Positions 9,317 through 20,727 are shown, counted from the first letter of the stretch. The stretch is 64,000 nt of DNA from Gemmatimonadales bacterium (GCA_036398175.1 DASWHL010000137.1:8295-72294); one strand, 5' to 3'. Numbers and translations: made by a program. The notes: generated by a model from the sequence alone, not told the origin.

Positions 9317-9351
9317 ACGCTACACGCTACACGCTACCCGCTGCACCCTGC
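9317..9351. repeat. heptanucleotide tandem repeat, 3 perfect ACGCTAC units plus 2 degenerate units
   Basis: Read directly: ACGCTAC ACGCTAC ACGCTAC CCGCTGC ACCCTGC. Located in the divergent intergenic region between the S58 peptidase and the DbpA-like gene. Confidence 0.85.
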
Positions 9352-9422
9352 ACCACCGGTTGCGCCCCGTCCCTCCCGGCGGTACGATCCGCAGCACTGT
9401 TTCTTTGACAACCGAGGCTGTC

Positions 9423-10754
9423 GTGTCCTGGGAATTCGCGCCGACCTTCGACGCCGCGCATCGCGCCGCGCTCGACGCCGGCAAACCGCTGATCTACGTG
9501 TGCCCGCCCGCCGGATGGGCGCTGGTCCCGCTGGGCGAGCGCGTGGCGCCCGCCGCGGAGGCGGGCCTGGGCACGGTGGTGCTGGTCCCCGAGCCGGCGG
9601 ACGTCGGCGACGTGGCCGGCGCGCTCGACAGCCTCGACGCCCTCCGTCCGGTGCACGGCCTCACGGGCCTGGCCCGGACCGCCCGCTTCCTCGCGGCGGG
9701 CAGCATTCGCACCCTCGTCCTCACGCCCCCGGACGCCCTGGCGCTTGCCCGGCAGTCCGTGCTGCGGCTCTCCCAGGTGCGCACGCTGGTGATCGCCTGG
9801 CCGGAGGGCATGCACGCACTCGGCCAGGGCGAGGCCCTCGACGCCATCCTGGCGGAGACGCCGGACGCGCAGCGCCTGATCGCGACCGCCGACGAGCGGC
9901 CGCCCGACATGGCCGATCTGCTGGCGCGGATCGCGCATCGCGCGCCCGTGGTGGCCGCGGCGCGGCTTCCCGAGGGGGCACCGGCCGTGCCGCTGCGCTG
10001 GATCGGAACGGACGGCGACCGGCGGGCCCAGGTGACGCGCGCCGCGCTGGACGTCCTCAACCCCGCCACCGCGGTCGTGTGGGAGCCCCTGGCCGCGCGT
10101 GGTTCCCGCTGGACGGCCGTGGCGCGCGATCCCGCCGTTCGGGTGGTGCACGTCATCCCCGACGAAGCCGTGCCGCTGATCGTGGCCGGCGACCTGCCGT
10201 CCGCCGACGCGCTCGCGGCGCTGAGCGCGGCCGCGCGGGACGTCGTGGTCCTGGTGCGCGCGTCACAGGTGGGCTACCTGGAGCGGCTGTCGGCGACGGC
10301 GCGGACGCTGCGGGTGGTGGCGGCGGCGGACGTGGCGCTGGACCGCGCGGCGGGCGTACGGCGGCGTCTGCGCGAGCGATTGGCCGAAGGGCGCCTCGAC
10401 GGGGAGCTGCACACGCTCGGGGCCCTGTTCGACGAGTACGACCCCACGCTCGTCGCCGCGGCCGCGCTGGCCCTGATCGCGACGCCGGCCGCGCCCGCGC
10501 CCGCGCCCGAGACGGCCGGATGGGCCCGCCTCGTCGTCACGGCCGGCCGGCGCGACGGCGTGCGCGCCGGCGATCTCGTCGGCGCGCTGGTGAACGAAGC
10601 CGGCCTGCCCCGCAACGCGATCGGGAAGATCGACCTGCGGGACGGCTTCACCCTCATCGAGATCCGCGCCGACGAAGCCGAGCGGGCCCAGCGCGGACTC
10701 ACCGGCGTCAGCCTCAGGGGCAAGCGCGTCAGCGCGCGGCCGGAGCGCCGCTGA
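9423..10754 (+). CDS. DbpA-like DEAD-box helicase homologue with degenerate ATPase motifs and an intact DbpA-type C-terminal RNA-binding domain
   Basis: Track ORF 9105..10754; start placed at GTG 9423 (TTG 9405 also possible). Collinear with the E. coli DbpA layout but with substituted motifs: CPPAGWAL for AKTGSGKT, PEPADV for PTRELA, LTPPD for TPGR, AWPE for DEAD, ATA for SAT. The C-terminus WARLVVTAGRRDGVRAGDLVGALVNEAGLPRNAIGKIDLRDGFTLIEI matches the DbpA domain pattern. Confidence 0.75.
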   Translation: MSWEFAPTFDAAHRAALDAGKPLIYVCPPAGWALVPLGERVAPAAEAGLGTVVLVPEPADVGDVAGALDSLDALRPVHGLTGLARTARFLAAGSIRTLVLTPPDALALARQSVLRLSQVRTLVIAWPEGMHALGQGEALDAILAETPDAQRLIATADERPPDMADLLARIAHRAPVVAAARLPEGAPAVPLRWIGTDGDRRAQVTRAALDVLNPATAVVWEPLAARGSRWTAVARDPAVRVVHVIPDEAVPLIVAGDLPSADALAALSAAARDVVVLVRASQVGYLERLSATARTLRVVAAADVALDRAAGVRRRLRERLAEGRLDGELHTLGALFDEYDPTLVAAAALALIATPAAPAPAPETAGWARLVVTAGRRDGVRAGDLVGALVNEAGLPRNAIGKIDLRDGFTLIEIRADEAERAQRGLTGVSLRGKRVSARPERR

Positions 10755-11045
10755 TCAGCGGCCCGTGTTGAGGGCGTCGCGGAGCTGCTGGCCCGGCTTG
10801 AAGGCCGGCACCACCGCGGCCGCGATGGCCACCGGATCGCCCGTCCGCGGATCCCGTCCCTGCCGCGCCGCGCGCCGCCGGGCCAGGAACGTCCCGAACC
10901 CCGTCACCTGGACTTTTTCGCCCGAGCGCAGCTCGCGCGCAATGATGCCCTCCGGCCCGAACAGCGCCTCCACGACGCGCGTCGCGTCCGGCTTGGCCAG
11001 GTCGGTGTGCCGCGCCACCTCGTCAATCAGCTGTCCCTTGTTCAT
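10755..11045 (-). CDS. hup: DNA-binding protein HU
   Basis: 96 aa: MNKGQLIDEVARHTDLAKPDATRVVEALF...GFGTF..RRRAARQGRDPRTGDPVAI..VPAFKPG. GGAGG lies 5-6 nt upstream of the ATG at 11045. It is the C-terminal part of a spurious 565-aa track ORF. Confidence 0.9.
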   Translation of the reverse strand: MNKGQLIDEVARHTDLAKPDATRVVEALFGPEGIIARELRSGEKVQVTGFGTFLARRRAARQGRDPRTGDPVAIAAAVVPAFKPGQQLRDALNTGR

Positions 11046-11156
11046 GAGCACCTCCCGTGCAGTGTGCTGGCAATATCTCCCGGCGGCGCCGAACCGCCAA
11101 CCCGCTTGTGCCGGTCCGGCCGCGCGGGTAACGTAGGGCGCTCCCGACCCCGACCG

Positions 11157-11771
11157 ATGACGCGCACCCACCACAGCTCCCACCCCGGATGGATCGAAGT
11201 CATCAGCGGCGTGATGTTCAGCGGCAAGAGCGAGGAGCTGCTGCGCCGCGTCCGCCGGGCGGTGATCGCCCGCAAGCGCGTGCAGGTGTTCAAGTCCCAT
11301 CTGGACGACCGCTACGCCGGCGTGCACCGGATCGCGACCCACGACGGCGTCATGGCCGACGCCGTGCCGGTGGACGCGGCGGGCGAGATCATGAGCCGGG
11401 TCCGGCCGGATGCCGAGGTGGTGGCCATTGACGAGGCCCAGTTCCTGGACGAGGGGGTCGTGGAGGTGGCCACCGCGCTGGCCGCCCGCGGCGTTCGTGT
11501 GATTCTCGCCGGCACCGACACCGACTTCCGGGGCGAGCCGTTCGGCGCCATGCCCCAGCTCATGGCCGTCGCGGAAGTGGTGGACAAGCTGCACGCGATC
11601 TGCGTCGTGTGCGGCGAGCCGGCCTGCCGCAACCAGCGCCTCGTGAACGGCCGGCCCGCCGTGTACGAATCGCCGACCATTCTGGTCGGTGGCAGCGAGT
11701 CGTACGAGGCCCGCTGCCGGCACTGCCACGAGGTGCCGCGCGCCGACGCCGATCAGGGCCGGCTCTGGTGA
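11157..11771 (+). CDS. tdk: thymidine kinase
   Basis: ATG at 11157. P-loop GVMFSGKSEEL, AIDEAQF, and zinc-ribbon cysteines CVVCG...CRHC. Confidence 0.9.
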   Translation: MTRTHHSSHPGWIEVISGVMFSGKSEELLRRVRRAVIARKRVQVFKSHLDDRYAGVHRIATHDGVMADAVPVDAAGEIMSRVRPDAEVVAIDEAQFLDEGVVEVATALAARGVRVILAGTDTDFRGEPFGAMPQLMAVAEVVDKLHAICVVCGEPACRNQRLVNGRPAVYESPTILVGGSESYEARCRHCHEVPRADADQGRLW

Positions 11772-11778
11772 GTCGCCA

Positions 11779-12390
11779 ATGCTCTCCGTTGCGCTGACCG
11801 GGAACGTCGCCGCCGGCAAGACCACCGTGGCCGGGTGGTGGCGCGCGTGGGGCGGCACGGTGATTGACGCCGACGCGCTGGTCCGCGAGGTGCAGGCGCC
11901 CGGCAGCCCCGTCCTCGCGCGGATCCGGGAACGCTTCGGCCCGGCCGTGATCCGCGACGACGGCACGCTGGACCGCGCGGCGCTGCGCCGCATCGTGTTC
12001 GCCGACGCCGGCGCGCGCGCCGACCTGAACGCCATCGTGCATCCCGCCGTGCAGGACCGGCGGACGGCCCTCCTGGCGGAGGCGGCGGCGCGCGGCGAGC
12101 GGATGGTCGTGAACGACATCCCGCTGCTGTTCGAGGCGCTGGACCCGGCGGCCTTCGACGTGATCGTGCTGGTGGACGCGCCGGACGACGTCCGCCGCGA
12201 ACGGCTGATCCGCGGGCGCGGCCTCCTACCGGACGAGGCCGACCGGCTGATGGCCGCCCAGCTGCCGAGCGGCCCGAAACGCGCGCGCAGCCACGTCGTG
12301 ATTGACAATGCGGGGTCGCCGGAAGCGCTGCGCACGGCCGCCGCGGAGGCCTGGCAACGGCTGCTTGACTTGGCAGAACCACCCGCGTAA
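11779..12390 (+). CDS. coaE: dephospho-CoA kinase
   Basis: ATG at 11779. MLSVALTGNVAAGKTTV P-loop, VIDADALVREV, IVHPAV, NDIPLLFE. Confidence 0.9.
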   Translation: MLSVALTGNVAAGKTTVAGWWRAWGGTVIDADALVREVQAPGSPVLARIRERFGPAVIRDDGTLDRAALRRIVFADAGARADLNAIVHPAVQDRRTALLAEAAARGERMVVNDIPLLFEALDPAAFDVIVLVDAPDDVRRERLIRGRGLLPDEADRLMAAQLPSGPKRARSHVVIDNAGSPEALRTAAAEAWQRLLDLAEPPA

Positions 12391-12435
12391 CCTACCCGCG
12401 GCTGTCGAACCTTCCTTAGCAGCCGGAGTGTGTGC

Positions 12436-12825
12436 ATGTCCAAGATTCCCACCGATCTGCATTACACCGAAGAACACGAATACGTGAAACTCACCGACGA
12501 CGCCGAGGTCGTGCAGGTCGGGATCACCGACTACGCACAGGGCGAACTGGGCGACGTCGTGTACGTGGATCTGCCCGAGGTGGGCGCCAAGTTCGGTCGC
12601 ATGGACGTGTTCGGGACCATCGAGGCCGTGAAGGCCGTCTCGGAGCTGTTCTGCCCGCTGCCGGGCGAAGTCACCGAGATCAACGAGGCGCTGGAGGCCG
12701 ATCCCAGCCTCGTGAACAAGGACCCCTATGGCGACGGCTGGATGATCAAGCTGCGCATCCGCAGTCGCGCCGATCTGGACACCCTGCTGCCGGCTTCGGA
12801 CTACCAGCAGCACATCGGCGAGTAG
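12436..12825 (+). CDS. gcvH: glycine cleavage system H protein
   Basis: [18 protein letters not shown]...; lipoyl-lysine motif [17 protein letters not shown] lies 7 nt upstream of ATG 12436. Confidence 0.95.
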   Translation: MSKIPTDLHYTEEHEYVKLTDDAEVVQVGITDYAQGELGDVVYVDLPEVGAKFGRMDVFGTIEAVKAVSELFCPLPGEVTEINEALEADPSLVNKDPYGDGWMIKLRIRSRADLDTLLPASDYQQHIGE

Positions 12826-12863
12826 GGCTCCGGGGCGCTCGCGCCCTCTACACTGCCGACGCG

Positions 12864-12894
12864 ACGCCTCGGGGCCTGCCCCCGGGGCGTTTCT
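12864..12894 (+). terminator. terminator/attenuator-like hairpin between gcvH and gcvP
   Basis: 11-bp stem ACGCCTCGGGG / CCCCGGGGCGT (one U-G wobble) with 5-nt loop CCTGC, followed by TTCT. Ends 14 nt before the gcvP ATG. Confidence 0.45.
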
Positions 12895-12907
12895 ACGAGA
12901 GGACCCC

Positions 12908-15784
<2,877 letters not shown>

Positions 15785-15799
15785 AGCGGCAGCGGCGGG

Positions 15800-16546
15800 A
15801 TGCACTGGCACCTCCTCCTCGACTCCGCCCCCCGCCCCGGCCCCGAAAACATGGCCGTGGACGACGCGCTCCTCCAGGCGGCGCGGGAGGGGGTCGCCGT
15901 CCTGCGGTGCTACCGCTGGTTCCCGCCCTGCCTGTCGTTCGGGCGGAACGAGCCGGCGCGCAGCCGGTACGACGCGGCCGCCATCACGGCCCGCCGGCTG
16001 GCCACGGTGCGACGGCCCACCGGCGGTCGCGCCGTCTGGCACGACGCGGAAGTCACCTACGCGGTGGCGGGGCCGGCCTCGCTGTTCGGCTCGCTGCCCG
16101 AGACCTACCGGGCCATCCACGCCGTCCTGGCCGACGGGTTGCGGACGCTGGGCGTGCCGGCCGCCCTCGCGCCGGCCGCCCTCGCGCCGGGCCCCGGGGC
16201 GGGCGCCTGCTTCGCGAGTCCCGCCGGCGGCGAGGTCACGGTCGGGGGCCGCAAGCTCGTCGGCAGCGCTCAGGCGCGCGAGCGGGGCGCGTTCCTCCAG
16301 CACGGCTCGATCCTGCTCGAGGACGGCCAGGACGTGGTGGCGCAGGTCACCCGGGGCGTCGCCCCCGTCACCCACGCCACCTCGCTTGGCGAAGTGCTCG
16401 GCCGGGACGTAACATTTGCCGAGGTGACGGAGGCCATCGTCGCCGCCGCACGCCGGGCGTGGCCCGGCACGTGGACCGCCGCCGCGCCGCCGGCCATCCT
16501 CCCGGGAACCCGGTTCGCCGACCCCGACTGGACCTGGCGCCGCTGA
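15800..16546 (+). CDS. lipoate-protein ligase / octanoyltransferase family protein (BPL_LplA_LipB domain, LplA/LipM/LipL-like)
   Basis: 248 aa. Contains ENMAVDDALL, LRCYRWFPPCLSFGRNE, RRPTGGRAVWHD and GRKLVGSAQ (catalytic-lysine context). Immediately downstream of gcvH-gcvP. Confidence 0.8.
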   Translation: MHWHLLLDSAPRPGPENMAVDDALLQAAREGVAVLRCYRWFPPCLSFGRNEPARSRYDAAAITARRLATVRRPTGGRAVWHDAEVTYAVAGPASLFGSLPETYRAIHAVLADGLRTLGVPAALAPAALAPGPGAGACFASPAGGEVTVGGRKLVGSAQARERGAFLQHGSILLEDGQDVVAQVTRGVAPVTHATSLGEVLGRDVTFAEVTEAIVAAARRAWPGTWTAAAPPAILPGTRFADPDWTWRR

Positions 16547-16562
16547 ACGCCCGCGGGAGGGC

Positions 16563-17549
16563 ATGGACACCGACCTGATCCGCTTCGTCGTCGGCCGTCT
16601 GCTGCAGGGCGTCCTCGTCGTCCTCGGCGTCGCCACGCTCGTCTTCGTGCTGCTCCACGCGGCGCCGGGCGATCCGCTGACCGTGCTCAGCGACGCGCCG
16701 CAGGTGGCCCCCGACGTGCTGCGCGAGCTGCGCCGCGACTTCGGCCTCGACCGGCCGGTCGGCGAGCAGTACGTCCGCTACCTGGCCCGGCTGGTCCAGG
16801 GCGACCTCGGCATCTCGATCACGCAGCACCGCCCCGTCACCGCCGCGCTGGCCGGCGCGGTGCCGCAGACCCTGCTGCTCGCGGCCGCCGCCCTGCTCGT
16901 GGATTTCCTGGCGGGCATCGGCATCGGCGTGGCCCAGGGCCGCCGCGCGGGCACCCGCACCGATCGCCTGCTCTCGGTCGTCACGATCACGCTTTATTCG
17001 ACCCCGGTGTTCGTCCTGGGCCTGCTCCTGCTGGGCGTGTTCGGCGAGACGCTGGGCTGGTTCCCGCTGGGCGGATCGGTGGATCCCATCCGTCACGCCG
17101 GCCTCTCCGCTGCCGGCCGCCTCCTCGACCGGATCCATCACCTCGTGCTGCCGGCCCTCACGCTCGGCCTGGTCGCGGCGGCGTACACGGCGCGGCATCA
17201 GCGATCGGCGCTGCTCGACGTGATCGGGCAGGACTTCGTGCGCGCCGCCCGCGCACGGGGCATCGCCGAGCGCGCGGTGCTCCTCCGTCACGCGCTGCGG
17301 AACGCGCTCACGCCCACCATCACGCTCGCGGGGCTCGCGTTCCCGGTCCTGCTGTCGGGCTCGGTGCTGGTGGAGTCGGTCTTCGGCTGGCCGGGCATGG
17401 GACGGCTCGCGGCCGAAGCCATCGGGCGGCGCGACTATCCGGTGGTCACGGCCGCCGCGATCCTCGCGGCCGCCATGGTGGTGGCGGGGAACCTCCTCGC
17501 GGACCTCGCGGCGCGTATGGCCGATCCGCGGCTCCGGACCGTCCGGTGA
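16563..17549 (+). CDS. ABC transporter permease, peptide/nickel (DppB/OppB-like)
   Basis: 328 aa. N-terminus FVVGRLLQGVLVVLGVATLVFVLLHAAPGDP and multiple TM segments. GGGAGG SD upstream. Confidence 0.9.
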   Translation: MDTDLIRFVVGRLLQGVLVVLGVATLVFVLLHAAPGDPLTVLSDAPQVAPDVLRELRRDFGLDRPVGEQYVRYLARLVQGDLGISITQHRPVTAALAGAVPQTLLLAAAALLVDFLAGIGIGVAQGRRAGTRTDRLLSVVTITLYSTPVFVLGLLLLGVFGETLGWFPLGGSVDPIRHAGLSAAGRLLDRIHHLVLPALTLGLVAAAYTARHQRSALLDVIGQDFVRAARARGIAERAVLLRHALRNALTPTITLAGLAFPVLLSGSVLVESVFGWPGMGRLAAEAIGRRDYPVVTAAAILAAAMVVAGNLLADLAARMADPRLRTVR

Positions 17550-18352
17550 CGCGGCTCCACGTCGGGATCGGACTGGTCGGCGGGCTGTGCCTGCTGGCCC
17601 TGCTGGCGCCCGTGCTCGCGCCGCATCCGCCGCACCTCCAGCTCGACCTGGACGCGCTCCGCAGTGCCGCGCCGTCGCTCCCGCATCCGCTCGGGACCGA
17701 CCCGTACAGCCGGGACCTCCTGAGCCGCGTCCTGCACGGCGCCCGCGTGTCGCTCGGCATTGCCGTGCTGGCGGTGCTCGTGGCCGTGGGCGTGGGCGTC
17801 ACGGTGGGCGTCGTGAGCGGCTGGGCGGGAGGGGTCGTGGACGTGGTGCTGATGCGACTCGTGGACGCGGCGCTCGCGGTGCCGCGCCTGTTCACGGTGC
17901 TCGTCCCGCTCGCGCTCTGGGAGCACGTCACGGTGCCGGCCATCGTCCTCATCCTGGGCGGCACCGGCTGGTTTGGCATGAGCCGGCTGGTGCGGGCGGA
18001 GGTCCGCGCGGCCCGGGCCCGCCCGTGGGTGGCCGCGGCGCGCGCCATCGGCGTTCCTCCCGTCCGTATCATCACGCGGCACCTGCTCCCCACCATCGCC
18101 GGGCCCGTGATCGTCGTCGCCACGATGGGCATCGGGCAGGTCGTGCTGCTGGAGGCGGGATTGTCGTATCTCGGGCTGGGCGTCCCGCAGCCGCTGCCGT
18201 CCTGGGGCAGCATCATCGCCGACGGGCAGCCCGTGCTCCGGGCGGCCCCGTGGGTGGCCGGCAGCGCCGGGCTCGCGCTGGTGGCCACCGTGCTGGCGTT
18301 CACCCTGGTGGGCGACGGGCTGCGGGAGCGGCTCGACCCGCGCGCGCCATGA
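17546..18352 (+). CDS. ABC transporter permease, peptide/nickel (DppC/OppC-like)
   Basis: 268 aa. PLGTDPYSRDLLSRVLHGARVSL motif and TM-rich sequence. Start overlaps the upstream stop. Confidence 0.9.
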   Translation: MTRLHVGIGLVGGLCLLALLAPVLAPHPPHLQLDLDALRSAAPSLPHPLGTDPYSRDLLSRVLHGARVSLGIAVLAVLVAVGVGVTVGVVSGWAGGVVDVVLMRLVDAALAVPRLFTVLVPLALWEHVTVPAIVLILGGTGWFGMSRLVRAEVRAARARPWVAAARAIGVPPVRIITRHLLPTIAGPVIVVATMGIGQVVLLEAGLSYLGLGVPQPLPSWGSIIADGQPVLRAAPWVAGSAGLALVATVLAFTLVGDGLRERLDPRAP

Positions 18353-19332
18353 CATCCCTCCTCGAGCTGGAGCACTTGTCGGTCACGTTCCCCACGCGCG
18401 CGGGCCCGGCGCGGGCCGTGGAGGACGTGTCGCTCGCCATCGCCCCGGGGGAAACGGTCGCCCTCGTCGGCGAGTCCGGCTGTGGCAAGACCGTCACCGC
18501 CCTGTCGGTGCTCCGTCTGCTCCCCGAGTCCGCGACACTGGGCCCGGAGAGCCGGATCCGGTTCGACGGCCGCGACGTGCTGGCGCTCGGCCGCGAGGAG
18601 CTGCGGCGGCTCCGTGGCGGCGCCGTCGGCATGGTGTTCCAGGAACCCGGCGCGAGCCTCAACCCGGTCCTCACCATCGGCGCGCACCTCGTCGAGACCA
18701 TTCAGGCGCACGACGCCGTGGATCGCGCCACCGCGCGGGCCCGCGCCCGCGAGCTGCTGGCCACCGTGGGGCTGCGCGATCCGGACCGGATGGTCGCGCG
18801 CTATCCGCACGAGCTGAGCGGCGGGATGCAGCAGCGCGCCTACCTGGCCATGGCGCTGGCCGCGCGGCCGCGGCTGCTGATTGCCGACGAACCGACCACG
18901 GCGCTCGACGTCACGACGCAGGCCCAAATCCTGGCGCTCCTCGCGGACCTCACCGGCCGGCTCGGGATGGCCATGCTGCTGATCACGCACAACCTCGGCA
19001 TTGCCGCCGCCGTGGCCGACCGCGTGGCGGTGATGTACGCGGGGCGCATCGTGGAGGTGGCGCCGCGCGCCGCGCTCTTTGCCCACCCGGCACATCCCTA
19101 CACGCGGGGCCTGCTCCAGGCCGCGCCGCGATTGGACGGCCCTACCCGGCCCACCCCCGCCATCCCGGGCGCCGTCCCATCGGCCACCGCGTGGCCCGAG
19201 GGTTGCCGGTTTCGGCCGCGCTGCGCGCACGCGTGGGACCGCTGCAACTCCGAGCCCACGCTGGCCGCAACGGCGCCAGACCATACGGCCCGCTGCTGGC
19301 TGGTCACGGAACCACGCGGGGGGACCGCGTGA
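18349..19332 (+). CDS. ABC transporter ATP-binding protein (DppD/OppD-like)
   Basis: ATG 18349 (ATGA overlap). Walker A GESGCGKT, signature LSGGMQQR, Walker B LLIADEPTTALD, and an oligopeptide-type C-terminal extension HPYTRGLL. Confidence 0.9.
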   Translation: MTSLLELEHLSVTFPTRAGPARAVEDVSLAIAPGETVALVGESGCGKTVTALSVLRLLPESATLGPESRIRFDGRDVLALGREELRRLRGGAVGMVFQEPGASLNPVLTIGAHLVETIQAHDAVDRATARARARELLATVGLRDPDRMVARYPHELSGGMQQRAYLAMALAARPRLLIADEPTTALDVTTQAQILALLADLTGRLGMAMLLITHNLGIAAAVADRVAVMYAGRIVEVAPRAALFAHPAHPYTRGLLQAAPRLDGPTRPTPAIPGAVPSATAWPEGCRFRPRCAHAWDRCNSEPTLAATAPDHTARCWLVTEPRGGTA

Positions 19333-20321
19333 CGGCGCCGCCCCTGCTCGTGATCGAGCATCTGGCCAAGGCGTACCGCCAGTCCCGCGGACCGCTCCGG
19401 CCGCCCGCCACGCTGGCGGCGGTCGCCGACGTGTCGCTGGCCATCCCGCGCGGCGCCACGCTGGCCCTCGTGGGAGAGAGCGGCGCCGGCAAGAGCACCG
19501 TCGCCCGATGCGTGGTCAGGCTCGAGGATCCGGATGGCGGCCGGATCCTGTATGCGGGCGAAGACATCGGGGGGCTGCGGGGTGCGGCGCTGCGCCGCTT
19601 CCGCGGGCGCGTCCAGATCGTCTTCCAGGACCCCCATGGCTCGCTGAACCCGCGGATGCGCGTCGGCACGGCGGTGCGCGAACCGCTCGAGGTTCACGGC
19701 ATCGCGCGCGGGGCCGACGCCGACGCGCGTGTGGCCGAGCTGTTCCGGGAGGTCGGGCTCGACCCCAACCACCGCGGGTCCTACCCACACCAGCTGTCGG
19801 GCGGCCAGCGCCAGCGCGTCGGGATCGCGCGCGCCCTCGCCGTCGGTCCGGAGCTGCTCGTGCTGGACGAGCCGGTCTCGGCGCTCGACGTTTCCGTCCA
19901 GGCGCAGGTGCTCGCCCTGCTGCGCGACCTTCAGGCGCGGCGCGGGCTCACGTACCTGTTCGTCGCGCACGACCTCGCGGTGGTCCGGCAGATGGCGGAC
20001 CACGTCGCGGTCATGTACCTCGGTCGGATCGTGGAGGAGGCGACGGCGGAGCGGCTGTTCGCGGACCCGCGGCACCCCTACACGCGCGCGCTCCTGGCCG
20101 CGGTGCCGACGCCGGATCCCGACGCGCCGCCGCCGCGGCTCGTGCTGCGCGACGACCCCGCACCGACCGCCGACGCGACACCGGGATGTCCCTTCCACCC
20201 CCGCTGCCCCGATCCGCGCCGCGCGGACCGGTGCCGGGTGGAGGCACCGTCGCTCCGGGACGTGGGCCCCGACCAGCGCGCCGCCTGTCATTTCGCCGAC
20301 GAGCCCGCCCCCAGCGGCTAG
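19329..20321 (+). CDS. ABC transporter ATP-binding protein (DppF/OppF-like)
   Basis: GTG 19329 (GTGA overlap). Walker [10 protein letters not shown], signature LSGGQRQR, Walker [21 protein letters not shown]. Confidence 0.9.
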   Translation: MTAPPLLVIEHLAKAYRQSRGPLRPPATLAAVADVSLAIPRGATLALVGESGAGKSTVARCVVRLEDPDGGRILYAGEDIGGLRGAALRRFRGRVQIVFQDPHGSLNPRMRVGTAVREPLEVHGIARGADADARVAELFREVGLDPNHRGSYPHQLSGGQRQRVGIARALAVGPELLVLDEPVSALDVSVQAQVLALLRDLQARRGLTYLFVAHDLAVVRQMADHVAVMYLGRIVEEATAERLFADPRHPYTRALLAAVPTPDPDAPPPRLVLRDDPAPTADATPGCPFHPRCPDPRRADRCRVEAPSLRDVGPDQRAACHFADEPAPSG

Positions 20322-20328
20322 GCCCCGC

Positions 20329-20727
20329 CTAGAACAGCTCGTTCTGCCCCGCGTCCGCCTCGGCGTGCGCGTCAACCCGCAGCACGCGCCGGATCCGCCT
20401 GAGCCACAGATCCACGTCGAACTTGGCCTCGTTGGCCAGCATGCGCCGCAACACGTCGGACATGTCGTCGAACGCATCCGCCACGTCGCTCAGGATCTCA
20501 TTCGCTTCGTGCAGCCGCATCATGTCGTCCGTGGCGACGGCCATGTCCGCCAGAATCGCCTGCTCGGACCGCGACGCCACGATCGGCTCGTCGAAGGTCG
20601 TCGTGTAGACCTCGGTGCGGCGGCCGGGGCCGCGCTCCTGCTCGATGGGCATGAGGCCGACGATCGCGTCGGAGCGCCAGTACTTGCCGTAGCCCAGATA
20701 GACCATGCGGTCCGGCTTGATGTCCAT
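20329..20727 (-). CDS. hypothetical protein, N-terminus remotely RemA/DUF370-like, acidic helical C-terminus
   Basis: 132 aa. MVYLGYGKYWRSDAIVGLMPIE...GPGRRTEVYTTTFDEPIVASRSEQAIL resembles my recollection of the RemA pattern (INIGFGN..ANR..AIVSPES....YGRRTRAV.....HVILSA.QPET), but a middle segment is missing. Confidence 0.5.
   Translation of the reverse strand: MDIKPDRMVYLGYGKYWRSDAIVGLMPIEQERGPGRRTEVYTTTFDEPIVASRSEQAILADMAVATDDMMRLHEANEILSDVADAFDDMSDVLRRMLANEAKFDVDLWLRRIRRVLRVDAHAEADAGQNELF

Noticed and set aside
9317-9351. CRISPR array or phase-variable SSR
   Set aside because: The units are 7 nt with no spacers, so this is not a CRISPR array. Only 3 perfect copies is too few to argue for efficient slipped-strand switching without population data.
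12391-12435. Glycine riboswitch upstream of gcvH (also checked 12826..12907)
   Set aside because: The spacer is only 45 nt and lacks the conserved GGAGAG...CACCG elements. The downstream spacer contains just a simple hairpin.
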